A stretch of DNA of 64,000 nucleotides from positions 10,915-74,914 of the forward strand of contig JAKIUC010000016.1 in assembly GCA_021647785.1 (NCBI GenBank). Reading direction: 5' to 3'. Positions 47,915 to 57,815 of the stretch are shown piece by piece. Every line of letters begins with the position of its first letter. Within the stretch, counting starts at the first letter, position 1. Below the pieces are notes generated by a model that saw only the letters and a list, made by a program, of their open reading frames with translations, was not told the DNA's origin and did no database searches. This DNA is from Melioribacteraceae bacterium. Its GTDB lineage: Bacteria; Bacteroidota; Ignavibacteria; Ignavibacteriales; Melioribacteraceae. Made by a program: the position numbers and the translations under genes.

Positions 47915-48075
47915 ACTATTCACGGTGCCATTTTGGTTAAAAGGGAAAACGGTTAAAATCCGATACTGCCCCGCAACTGTAATGAACAATATTTCGTAGC
48001 AAATACCACTGTTTCAATTTAGAGATGGGAAGGTGCTAAACCGAAAGTTCAGAGTCAGGAAACCTGCCGTGAAAA
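47915..48075 (+). promoter_or_regulatory. cobalamin (B12) riboswitch aptamer
   Basis: TCACGGTGCC...TTAAAAGGGAAAACGGTTAAAATCCGATACTGCCCCGCAACTGTAA...CCACTG...GGGAAGG...AGTCAGGAAACCTGCCGTGA: conserved core, B12-box and closing P1 (TCACGG/CCGTGA). Confidence 0.88.
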
Positions 48076-48203
48076 ATCAATTTATTCAGCCTCCGTGGGA
48101 GAGGTTAGATTATTTCAGACTGTAGCTTTGCTGCCTCCAAATAACATTTGATTAGATTGACCTTTTGAAGGACTCATTAATAATTAATTAAATGAGTTTT
48201 TGA

Positions 48204-50350
48204 TTGGTACAAAAAACATTTTTCATAATACTTTTATTAGTAAGTGTAGTTCACTCACAAGAGAAAATACAGCTTATTGATTCTACATCAAAAGAACCAA
48301 TTTCTGATGTAGTAGTTTATTCTTCCTCCATTCAACAAATAAGTGATGATGAGGGTTACTTTCTGCTTGATCTATTCGTCAATACCGATTCAATCTCATT
48401 TTCCCATATTGCATATAAAAAGTTATTTTTAAGCTATTCCGAATTAGAATTAATTTCCTTTATTGAATTATCAAAAAAGGAAATTTCAACTAAGCAAATA
48501 GATGTTGTTTCAAAAAATGATTTTGAAAATTCTATTATTACAGAAAAAATAGAATTAAACAATATGAAAAGAGCAGCTTTGCTTCAACATCAGAAATATT
48601 AAAGAGCAAAACTTCACTGCTGGTAAGGGATTACGGTGGTGAGACTAGTGCAAAGACTGTCTCCTCTCGCGGGATGAGTAGTGAAAACACTTTGATTCTT
48701 TTTAACGAAGCTCGTGTAAATGATTTACGAACAGGATCATTCGATTTTTCTACTCTCGAACTTTATGCAATTGATAAAATTGAATATGTAAAAAACAACT
48801 CTGCTGATAATATTTCCGCTGGTGGAGTTTTGAAAATCACTTCGGGAAATCTGGATAATCAAAACTCAGTAAATATTGGAGGAATGGTGAATAGTAACCT
48901 AACCCAAAAATATTTTGGCAGTATTAGTTATTCTAAAAATAATTTTTCATTTGGAAGTAATTATATACGCTCATATTCACCAAACGAATATAATTACATT
49001 TTTGAAGGTGAGAAACTTAAACGGAAGAACGCTCAGTACTCCAAAACCTTTGTTAATGCCGATGTAAAATGGAGCAGCACTGATTTTGTACTAAAATTCT
49101 ACACACATTATTCCCATTTGTCGAGCGGGTTGCCTGGCTTTGTTGTAACAAATAATACTGCTTCAAGTAAAGCACTAAACCTAACTAACTCGTGGTTAAG
49201 TATTGCAAATGTAAATTACTCTATCTCTAATAATTTAGTTTTTGTCTCCACTTTAAGTTATCATAATCAATTTTTAGAAATGGAAGACCCGCAAAACCAG
49301 TTGCTGATTGATAGGAATAGCCAAAGTTCAACATTTAATGATTTAGCCTTTTCGAGTAAGCTAACATATAAATTTAGAAAACTAAATATTCTCTTGGGGT
49401 ATAATATTTCCGACTCAAATGTTGATAGTCTTACAACTTATATTTCCGGAATTTTTAGTTCCACTACTGGTAAACGAACTGAACAAAATATTTATACATC
49501 AGCAAATTGTTTAATTCCCTCTAAATATCTTGAAGAACTAAATATCTCCGCTGGCATTAATTATCAATTAATAAATGAGGATATTTATAATAAACTTGAA
49601 CACAATTATCTTTCGTATAAAATTGGATTATCCTTTACCCCTTTATTCGCAAAGGATACAGAGATTCTAACATCCTTTTCAAGCAATTACAGACATCCAA
49701 CATTTAATGAAAAATATTACTCGGGCTTTTTTGGGAATAGTGGATTAAAAGGGGAAGAATATAAATCGTTAAATATTGGAATAAATTCAAAGTTTAATAT
49801 TCTTGGAAAAGGAGAGATTGAAATAACATATTTTACAATATGGGGAAACAACAGAATTATTTGGGCACCAACAATATTAGCAATTCAAATTCCAAGAAAC
49901 ATAAGTAAAATAAAATCGGATGGAATTGAATTAAGATTTGAACAATCACTATTTCATTCACTGTTTAATTGGGAAATACTCTACACATACACAAATGCCC
50001 GCAATATCAGTGCTGTTTCCGAAGATGATAAAACATACAACAAGCAAATTATTTATACTCCTCTTCACAGAGTAAATTTAAATGGAAGTCTAAATATTTC
50101 TGATTTCAGATTTTCTGCAAATTCATCATTTGTAGGGAAGCGTTACTTTACCCCCGACAACACAGAGCGTAACAGTCTTGCTCCATATTTCTTGTTAGAC
50201 TTATCAGCATCATATCAATTTAATATTTCAACAATTGAGAACATTTTCACAATAAATATTTATAACATTTTGGATGAAGAATATTTCATCATCCAATCTT
50301 ACCCAATGCCATTAAAAACAATATCAATTAATTATCAAGCGAGGTTATAA
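48204..50350 (+). pseudogene. TonB-dependent receptor (BtuB-like context) interrupted by a frameshift near 48570-48575
   Basis: ORF1 (48204-48602) holds the signal peptide and a carboxypeptidase-regulatory-like N-domain. The plug continues in another frame (own translation EKSSFASTSEILKSKTSLLVRDYGGETSAKTVSSRGMSSENTLILFNEARVND) into ORF2 (to 50350). Removing one AG of AAAAGAGCAGC restores a single frame. Confidence 0.7.
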
Positions 50351-51426
50351 TGAAAAAAACAAGAAACAAAACAATCTGTGTAAAAGTATTAAACAAACTT
50401 TTATTTCTATTTATTGCATCAACATTTTTTCTAATAGGGTGTGAAAGCACTACTAATCCACCACCAATTGTAGAATTAAACAAAGCAGTAATTGTTGTTA
50501 ATGAAGGTGGATATGGACAAAACAACTCATCAATATCAACTTATTCTCTTGAGGATAAAATAGTTCAAACAGATGTTTATTACAACGCCAATTCTAAAAA
50601 AAATCTTGGTGCTTCTGCAAATGACATTGTCATATCAGGAGAAAAGGGATTTATAGCTGTTACGGTTTCAAACAAAATTCATATAGTTGAAATGAGAGAT
50701 TTTACTTCTGTTGATAGTATTGATTTTACAACATTCGGTAGTCCTGTTAAGCTTGTAACATCAGGAACTAACGGATATGTAACAACGCTTAATAGTCTAT
50801 TAGTAAAATTTGATATCTCATCATATAGTGTACTTGATACAATAAGTGTAGGATTTAAACCTGAAGGTATTGCTATTTCGGATGGAAAAATTTTTATAGC
50901 AAATTCAGGCTATGGTGTTGGAACTACAGTTACTGTTGTGGAGGAAAGCACATTTAGAATTGTGAAAAATATTAACGTAAAATTAAATCCTACAAATGTT
51001 GTGAGTGATGGTAATGATGTTTTTGTTGTTTCAACAGGTTCATACTCAGACGGAATTGGGATGCTAACCAAGATTGATGCAACATCATTGAATATTATTG
51101 ACACACTGATAATTAGTAAAAACCCTGGAAGATTAGCATTGGGAGATGACAAAGAATTGTATGTTATAAATGGGAATGGAATTGTTCATGTAGCAGGAGC
51201 AACAATGTCAATAATCAATGAGACACTTGTCCCAGCAAGTGATGTTAATAATATCTATTTTTCAATAAATGCTGTCGGATATGATAGAGATGCTGATTTA
51301 TTATATCTTGGTAATCCTAAAGACTATCAACAAAATGGGGAAATTGCAATTTATAATTCAAGTGGAAATGAAGAAGGAAGATTTGATGCAGGAATAAGTC
51401 CAAGAGCAATTGTTTTTAAAAAGTAA
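50350..51426 (+). CDS. surface lipoprotein, YncE/DUF5074-like beta-propeller
   Basis: Lipobox FFLIGCEST. VIVVNEGGYGQNNSSISTY start typical of DUF5074-like proteins. TAATG overlap with the receptor gene. Confidence 0.65.
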   Translation: MKKTRNKTICVKVLNKLLFLFIASTFFLIGCESTTNPPPIVELNKAVIVVNEGGYGQNNSSISTYSLEDKIVQTDVYYNANSKKNLGASANDIVISGEKGFIAVTVSNKIHIVEMRDFTSVDSIDFTTFGSPVKLVTSGTNGYVTTLNSLLVKFDISSYSVLDTISVGFKPEGIAISDGKIFIANSGYGVGTTVTVVEESTFRIVKNINVKLNPTNVVSDGNDVFVVSTGSYSDGIGMLTKIDATSLNIIDTLIISKNPGRLALGDDKELYVINGNGIVHVAGATMSIINETLVPASDVNNIYFSINAVGYDRDADLLYLGNPKDYQQNGEIAIYNSSGNEEGRFDAGISPRAIVFKK

Positions 51427-51433
51427 TATCTCC

Positions 51434-51473
51434 TTTGAAGTAGGGTTAAAGCATACATTAACCCTACTTCAAA
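51434..51473. terminator. perfect 16-bp stem hairpin between convergent genes
   Basis: TTTGAAGTAGGGTTAA (51434-51449) / TTAACCCTACTTCAAA (51458-51473), 8-nt loop. No clear U-run on either side. Confidence 0.5.
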
Positions 51474-52643
51474 TTAAAAACTCCATTTAATTTTCAAAAA
51501 ATAGAATTCTCCAAAATCCCCCCATTCTGTACTACTATTGCCTGAAAAAAATTGACTGCCAAGTAGTAAATCAAAACTTTGTGATACTGAGAAAGTTGCG
51601 AATGGTCCTATGTAAAATGACTTGTCGCTTGGATTAATAATTGAACTTAAATCAAGACGTACCAATGGATTTACTTGATAAGCCAATTGACCAAAGAGAG
51701 AATATTTTGCAGGAGAAAGATTTTTAGCATTATATCTATTTGAAATTAAACTTAATATTCCTCCAGCATTTTCTGTTGTTCCAACACTATTGTAAAGTAG
51801 CTCTCCGTGAATATAAAAGTCGGAAGCGAAAGTATAAGTAGCTCCAAGTGAAAGTACAAGTTGCCCTGTTGTATCTGCAAAGTTTTCTTTATCTCTAAAG
51901 TAAGTTAACTCACCGCTAAAATTTGCATCCATGATACTTCCAGACCAGCCACCACCAAAGACATAGTCATCCTCCATCATTCCAACAAACATTTGGAAGT
52001 CGTATTCCCATTCATTAAATCGATACATCAGAGAAGATGTTACTTCTTCTTCTCTATCAATTTTATAAACAAACTCAAGAGATGCTGTATATCCAAAGTA
52101 ATACTGACCACGAACAGCATCACTTCCTTCTTTCTCTTCGTAATCAAAATTTAGGAACGAAGTTGAATTAAAAATATCATTCGGAGTCCATACAAAATTT
52201 ACACCCCAATTAATTCTCTGCCTTCCAAGTTGGATTTCAAAAGTCTCTGCAGAGTAGAAAATGTTCAAGCGGTCAATAGTAGAATAGAGAATGTATCCGC
52301 TTCGCTCTCTCCAACTTTTTGTAAGGTTAAAATATCCTTCATCGCTTGTAACAAAATCTGCAAAGTACGGGTTTATTTGCACGGCATTTCCATATTCAAG
52401 AATGTTACGAAGCCCAATGTTTATAGTTGCATTATCCATTGGATATATAAAAAGATCAAATCGATTTTGTGCAGTGCCGGAAAGAAGCATAGCATCAATA
52501 TCCTTTTGCAGCCAAACAGATTCAAGGTTTGTTAAGTAACCTTTGTATTCAAAAATTGATTGACTAAAAGAGAGAGTATTCCAAAATAAAACAAGACTGA
52601 ATGGGAGAAACAAATAATTCTTAATTCGTAATTTATAATTCAT
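51474..52643 (-). CDS. outer-membrane beta-barrel protein (uncharacterised), last gene of the ABC operon
   Basis: Signal peptide, alternating hydrophobic pattern, C-terminal ...FYFLKIKWSF. Confidence 0.55.
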   Translation of the reverse strand: MNYKLRIKNYLFLPFSLVLFWNTLSFSQSIFEYKGYLTNLESVWLQKDIDAMLLSGTAQNRFDLFIYPMDNATINIGLRNILEYGNAVQINPYFADFVTSDEGYFNLTKSWRERSGYILYSTIDRLNIFYSAETFEIQLGRQRINWGVNFVWTPNDIFNSTSFLNFDYEEKEGSDAVRGQYYFGYTASLEFVYKIDREEEVTSSLMYRFNEWEYDFQMFVGMMEDDYVFGGGWSGSIMDANFSGELTYFRDKENFADTTGQLVLSLGATYTFASDFYIHGELLYNSVGTTENAGGILSLISNRYNAKNLSPAKYSLFGQLAYQVNPLVRLDLSSIINPSDKSFYIGPFATFSVSQSFDLLLGSQFFSGNSSTEWGDFGEFYFLKIKWSF

Positions 52644-52645
52644 AA

Positions 52646-53329
52646 TTATTGTGTCTCATCTTTTACAACTTTACCATCATCGAGTGAGACTAACCTTCTA
52701 GCCCGCCCCATTACACGCGAATCGTGAGTTGAGAAAATAAAAGTCATATTCTCTTTCTCATTTAATGCTTCCATAATATCAAGTAAATCTCGCGTTGATT
52801 TACTATCCAAGTTCGCAGTTGGTTCATCAGCCAATATAAATTTAGGTTTCGAGGCTAATGCCCTTGCCACAGCTACTCTTTGTTGTTCCCCACCAGAAAG
52901 TTCACCAGGACGTTTGTTGAATTTATCTTTAAGACCAACAGCAGTAAGGAGCTCCTCCACTCTGCTGTTGCGTTCATCTTTGCCATAGTTTTGGAGATGC
53001 ATAATAAACTCAACGTTCTCCTTCGCAGTGAGTACAGGTATAAGGTTGTACGCTTGAAATACAAATCCAATATTGTGCAATCTAAAATTGATTAACTCTT
53101 TCGATTTCAATTTTGTGATGATATTATTATCAATAATTACTTCTCCGCTGGTTGGTGTTTCAAGTCCGCCAAGTAGATTTAGCAGCGTTGTTTTACCGCA
53201 GCCAGATGGACCAACAATAGCAGAAAACTCACCCTGCTCAAAGTTCAATGAAATATCATTCGCTGCATGAATGGGGAATGTATCCTCATCATAAATTTTG
53301 CTTAATTTTATTGTGGTTATTATACTCAT
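52646..53329 (-). CDS. ABC transporter ATP-binding protein (LolD/MacB-type)
   Basis: GPSGCGKTT, LSGGEQQRVAVARAL, FILADEPT. Confidence 0.9.
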   Translation of the reverse strand: MSIITTIKLSKIYDEDTFPIHAANDISLNFEQGEFSAIVGPSGCGKTTLLNLLGGLETPTSGEVIIDNNIITKLKSKELINFRLHNIGFVFQAYNLIPVLTAKENVEFIMHLQNYGKDERNSRVEELLTAVGLKDKFNKRPGELSGGEQQRVAVARALASKPKFILADEPTANLDSKSTRDLLDIMEALNEKENMTFIFSTHDSRVMGRARRLVSLDDGKVVKDETQ

Positions 53330-53340
53330 TGTTTTAATCC

Positions 53341-53757
53341 AATTGTTTGTTATTGTATTTCATTGTTTCTACTAACACCTAATGCCAACAAATGACTTGT
53401 AAAAAGTAATTTGGTAATTGGTAGTCATTGTTTGTTAATTTATTTGATAGCTTCTTCAAATACCTAATGACAACAAATGACTTGCAAAAAAACAATTGGT
53501 CATTGGTAGTCATTGTTTGTCATTGTATTTCATAGCTTCTCCAAATACCTAATGACAATAAATGACTTGCGGAAAAATACATTTGGTCATTGTTTGTCAT
53601 TGTACTTCATAGTTACTCCTAATACCTAATGACAACAAATGACTTGCAGAAAAAGACAATTGGTCATTAGTAGTCATTGTTCGTTAATTTATTTGATAGC
53701 TTCTCCTAATACATAGTAGTCATTGTTTGTCATTGTATTTCATAGCTTCTCCTATTA
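53341..53757. repeat. tandem array of 77-87 bp units (4 full + 2 partial) built from 10-bp-phased GTCATT / AATGAC hexamers
   Basis: Unit starts (GTCATTGTTTG) at 53424, 53509, 53586, 53673, 53719 (degenerate first unit at 53341). ACCTAATGAC at 53377(var), 53462, 53547, 53624. About 17 exact GTCATT/AATGAC hexamers by my count. Confidence 0.85.
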
Positions 53758-54993
53758 TAAATTGTGCCTTACGGCTTTTGCGGGATTGAATTTTAACGCT
53801 TTTCGCCCTGGCATTATTGATGCAAATATTGCTGTTACAATTACAAGTAATCCAATTAAAATGTAGTAAATAACATCCAACTCCGGATATACAAAAGAAC
53901 TATACCCCATTGAGTTTAGTCCCTCAGCAATTACAGATAAATCAATTCCTGTAATTCCCATTATTGCTACCAAAGTCCAGCTTAGCGAAAGACCAATAAC
54001 TCCTCCAGTAAGCGAGAGGAAAATTGTTTCGAGCATTATCATAAAAAAGACTTGGGCTTTATTCATTCCTATTGCCATCAACATTCCAATCTCTCTAACC
54101 CGCTCCATTATTGCCATTAGCATTGTATTTATAATTCCAAAACTAAGAGCTACAAGAATTATGATTACAAAAATCATAGAGTATTGAATTGTCATTTCAT
54201 TCATCATTTTAAGAACTGGCGAGATATCATCCCAAGTTCTAACAACAATTTTCTTTTGTGAAATTTCATCTTTAAATAGTGAGGCAATTTCTTCTGATAC
54301 TGAAGTGGTTAATTTGTTATGTTTAAGCAACACCGCTATTTCAGTGGCTTCTGAGCTATCTATTCCAATTATGTTTGCCAAGTCCTCTTTAATCACGAAG
54401 ACATTCATCTGGTCATAATTACTATTATTTGTTTTGAAAATTCCAGCAACTCGAAAGGCTGAGTACGAAATATCCCCAGAGGAATTCTGAATTGTAACCA
54501 CAATTTTTGAACGAACTTTTACTTTAAGCTTTGTTGCAAGTTTTTCACCAATTACAATTGGGTTTCTTAGCTTTGTATTAAAATAAGTTCCGTCTATTAA
54601 TAGCGTACTTAAATTTGTAACTCTCTTCTCTTCATTAACATTTATTCCATTTATAAATATTCCTGTTCCAGTTATTGCGGAACTCGCCATTGCTGCAGAA
54701 GTAATTCGGGATGTAACTACCTCAACACCCTCTATTTTTCTAATTGCTTTAACTTTTTTATTGGGATTATTAATTACAAAATTAATTTCATTATTAATTA
54801 AAAACTTCGGATTGTGAAGTTGTATGTTCGAAATTTCTGTGTGAATTGCTGAACTCACTTGTTGCTGAACCATCCCTTTTGCAAAAGCCAAATAGAAAAT
54901 TCCACCAAGCAATCCAATAATTATTGATGCAATTACAATTGAACTGCGCAGTTTATTTCTCCAAACATTTTTCCACGCTATCGAAAATATCAT
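53755..54993 (-). CDS. ABC transporter permease (FtsX/MacB-type)
   Basis: 412 aa. N-terminal TM, large periplasmic loop, C-terminal FtsX-like 3-TM bundle. Confidence 0.85.
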   Translation of the reverse strand: MIFSIAWKNVWRNKLRSSIVIASIIIGLLGGIFYLAFAKGMVQQQVSSAIHTEISNIQLHNPKFLINNEINFVINNPNKKVKAIRKIEGVEVVTSRITSAAMASSAITGTGIFINGINVNEEKRVTNLSTLLIDGTYFNTKLRNPIVIGEKLATKLKVKVRSKIVVTIQNSSGDISYSAFRVAGIFKTNNSNYDQMNVFVIKEDLANIIGIDSSEATEIAVLLKHNKLTTSVSEEIASLFKDEISQKKIVVRTWDDISPVLKMMNEMTIQYSMIFVIIILVALSFGIINTMLMAIMERVREIGMLMAIGMNKAQVFFMIMLETIFLSLTGGVIGLSLSWTLVAIMGITGIDLSVIAEGLNSMGYSSFVYPELDVIYYILIGLLVIVTAIFASIMPGRKALKFNPAKAVRHNL

Positions 54994-54995
54994 AA

Positions 54996-56216
54996 TTAAC
55001 TCCTCATAGCCTGTAGTACATTAAAGCGTAGTATTTTTGTTAATGGATATAGTGACGCTATAAATGCAATTACTATTACCGCTAATGTTTGATTTATAAA
55101 AATATCAGCATCCAAAGAGAATGGTAATACTGGTTCAGCTCCAAACATCTCCATCGCTTGAGCTAACTCCCCTTCGAGCGGTATTGGGTTGTAGAAATAA
55201 TAAAGTAAAACTGGGTATGTAATTATTATTGAAATAATTAATGCAACTACACCTATCATTATTGTTTCGTACAATACAACTAAAAACAATTTGAACTTCT
55301 GCATTCCAATAGCAACCATTATTGCAAATTCTTTTCGGCGTTCCATTGTCATCATCATTATTGTTCCAAACATTCCAAAGCCAATAACCATATATAGAAT
55401 TGTTAGCATTATTTGTCCGCCCACATCATCGGTTTGTATTGCTTGAACCATCTCTTTGTTTAACTCTCTCCAATCCATAACATCATAGTCATCGGATAAT
55501 TCTGATTTAATTTGTGTTACAATTTCATCTAAGTTCTCTGGGTTTGAAATCATAACAGAGTATGTCGTTATTCGTCCATAAGCGGAATAAAAATCTTGCC
55601 CAGCTTTAAGAGGTAAATAAATTAGTTGGTTGTTCAATTGTGGAATTGGAAATTTGATAATACCTTTTACTCTATATTTTGCAGCAGCAGTAACTCCATG
55701 GTAGCCTTGCCCTAATAGTACTAATGTATCGCCAACACTAACTTGTAAGTACTCTGCCAATTTTTCTACAACGAGAATTTGATTATCATCAGCATTTAAA
55801 TATTCTCCACTAATTAGTTTCTCCGAAAGTTTGTTTAGCTCATTTTCAATTTCAGGTTCGGTTGCAATAATCAAAGCCCCTTTGGTATGTTTCCCCGAAG
55901 ATACAAGTGCGAAGGATTCCAAACGAGGTGCAATTATTCCCACGTTCTCTCTGTTCTTAATTTTGTTAAGCAATGTGGGGCTATCAATAAACGTTTTATC
56001 AATAGATTTATTTTCCCAATATCCATTTGCTTGTACTTGAAAATATCCGGTGGAGAGTTTCACTGCATTGCTAATCATATTTTCGTAACTCCCTTTTTGC
56101 ATTGAGCGAGTAAACATAGCCATACATGCAGCAAGAATAATTGAAGTCATAGTAAGAATTGTTCTTCGCTTACTACGCCAAAGATTTCTCCACGCTATTT
56201 TAATTAGTTCTTTCAT
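54996..56216 (-). CDS. ABC transporter permease (FtsX/MacB-type), second copy
   Basis: 406 aa, same architecture (AWRNLWRSKRRT... ). Confidence 0.85.
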   Translation of the reverse strand: MKELIKIAWRNLWRSKRRTILTMTSIILAACMAMFTRSMQKGSYENMISNAVKLSTGYFQVQANGYWENKSIDKTFIDSPTLLNKIKNRENVGIIAPRLESFALVSSGKHTKGALIIATEPEIENELNKLSEKLISGEYLNADDNQILVVEKLAEYLQVSVGDTLVLLGQGYHGVTAAAKYRVKGIIKFPIPQLNNQLIYLPLKAGQDFYSAYGRITTYSVMISNPENLDEIVTQIKSELSDDYDVMDWRELNKEMVQAIQTDDVGGQIMLTILYMVIGFGMFGTIMMMTMERRKEFAIMVAIGMQKFKLFLVVLYETIMIGVVALIISIIITYPVLLYYFYNPIPLEGELAQAMEMFGAEPVLPFSLDADIFINQTLAVIVIAFIASLYPLTKILRFNVLQAMRS

Positions 56217-56282
56217 AAATCTTAAACCTAAATATTTGAGACTTTCTCTTTAACCATTCATTAAAACTAAACAATGAAACAA

Positions 56283-57032
56283 TTATTTTACTTTTTTCAT
56301 ATTTTGCTGCGAAAAGAATCTGTCATTAATCGGTTTGTCAAAAATAATACTACTATATTCAAAAATTGTTTTGTTGCCTGGTTTATCTGCAGGAATCATT
56401 TCCATTTTAGTTGGTAACATTCTATCGCCAACATTTTTTATTTTGCTTCCAATCATTGTATTCACTAACTCTAATGTTTCATCAAAGTATTCAACTTTTA
56501 TTTGCAGGTAGTGTTCTTTAGTAATCCACATTGTAATTTTACCCCAAACTACAGGTGCATCGGGTTTTGGAATAAATTCAATCTTCCATGAGTCATAATT
56601 ATCAATTTTTTCTTCTGCAACAATTGTATGCTCATAATCTTTAACAAGAGAAGATTGTTTAAGTAGATCATCATTTGTAAAGTCCGAACCCATCCACGAT
56701 TGCATCATCATTGATGGTGGCAGCTTAATCATTCGGCCAATAGATGGCATCCAATTCCAAAGTTCCATTTTACGTTTTAGGAATACTTGTCCTTTATCTC
56801 TTGCTGGAGCTGTAATATAAATTAGATAATAATCAATACCTTTAGACCACGATTTCATTTCAACTTCTCGCGACCAATCGGGGCGTACTACTGTCATTTT
56901 GCTTATTGCTTGAGAAGTTAAACCTAAGATATTATCGTTGGATTTTTTTACTATCTCTTTTGCACTTTGCCCAATTACTAAAGAGCTAAATATTAATAAA
57001 AGCAAAATTATTTTTATCAAAACATACTCCAA
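56283..57032 (-). CDS. outer-membrane lipoprotein-sorting (LolA-like) protein
   Basis: Signal peptide. MTVVRPDWSREVEMKSWSKG...FLKRKMELWNWMPS...WMGSDFTNDDL typical of LolA_like proteins associated with FtsX ABC systems. TTG start. Confidence 0.7.
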   Translation of the reverse strand: MEYVLIKIILLLLIFSSLVIGQSAKEIVKKSNDNILGLTSQAISKMTVVRPDWSREVEMKSWSKGIDYYLIYITAPARDKGQVFLKRKMELWNWMPSIGRMIKLPPSMMMQSWMGSDFTNDDLLKQSSLVKDYEHTIVAEEKIDNYDSWKIEFIPKPDAPVVWGKITMWITKEHYLQIKVEYFDETLELVNTMIGSKIKNVGDRMLPTKMEMIPADKPGNKTIFEYSSIIFDKPINDRFFSQQNMKKVK

Positions 57033-57040
57033 TTTTTATA

Positions 57041-57058
57041 AATGACCATACGTTCATT
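57041..57058. promoter_or_regulatory. imperfect palindrome AATGACCATACGTTCATT in the TetR / ABC-operon divergent region (candidate operator)
   Basis: 7 of 9 arm positions complementary. Lies 9 nt upstream of the LolA-like start and about 110 nt upstream of tetR. Contains the same AATGAC hexamer as the 53341-53757 array. Confidence 0.3.
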
Positions 57059-57166
57059 CAAAACTTAGTTGATTTATATAAACAATGCAAGTAAAAAAAT
57101 ACAACTTGTAAAATTGAACTTAAAACAATATTTTTATTGTTGAACAAATAGTCAGTTAAAAACAAA

Positions 57167-57757
57167 ATGCCACGTACAAAAGAACAGTTTAAGAAAATAC
57201 GACAAGAAACCAAAAGCAAAATTCTAAATGCTGCATTGGAGTTGTTTGCTAAAAAGGGATTTTCAAATACTTCAATAAGTGAAATAGCAAAATCTGCTGG
57301 TGTATCAAAAGGGTTAGCCTACAACTATTTTGAAAGCAAACAGAAGCTCGTAGAAGAAGTGATTCAACTGCTATTTACTGAACTAAGCAAAGTGTTTATT
57401 GCGTTGGAAGTAACAAAAGACCCTTTCGAAAAGATTCAGTTAGCAATTGACTTAACTTTTAATTGGTTAACAGAGAAAGAGGATTTTTGGCGACTATACT
57501 CGAGCCTTTTAATGCAGCTTGAAACAAAAGCTATAGTAGAGAAAATAGCAGGAAATTTTATGGATGAAATGTTTAAGGAGATGGAAAAAATATTTCGAAA
57601 AATGAAAATTAAAAATCCAGCGGCAGAAACAAAATTATTTGGTGCTATTTTGGATGGAATGAGTTTCCACATTCTTTTTATGGGGGAAAAATATCCGATT
57701 GAAAAAATGAGAAAGTTTCTAAAAAGTAAATATCGTAGAGAGAGTTTGGGATTATGA
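57167..57757 (+). CDS. TetR/AcrR family transcriptional regulator
   Basis: ILNAALELFAKKGFSNTSISEIAKSAGVSKGLAYNYFESK HTH_TetR N-terminus. Confidence 0.9.
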   Translation: MPRTKEQFKKIRQETKSKILNAALELFAKKGFSNTSISEIAKSAGVSKGLAYNYFESKQKLVEEVIQLLFTELSKVFIALEVTKDPFEKIQLAIDLTFNWLTEKEDFWRLYSSLLMQLETKAIVEKIAGNFMDEMFKEMEKIFRKMKIKNPAAETKLFGAILDGMSFHILFMGEKYPIEKMRKFLKSKYRRESLGL

Positions 57758-57815
57758 GCAAAGGAGTATTTCTCTTATGAGCGATGAAACTTTTACACTA
57801 TTATTTGCAAAGACA

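Noticed and set aside
53341-53757. Tandem repeats that at first glance look like a small CRISPR array
   Set aside because: The segments between the GTCATTGTTTGTCATT.. cores are themselves conserved from unit to unit, so there are no unique spacers. The units contain internal inverted hexamers. No cas genes or leader are present. The region lies inside an ABC transporter operon.
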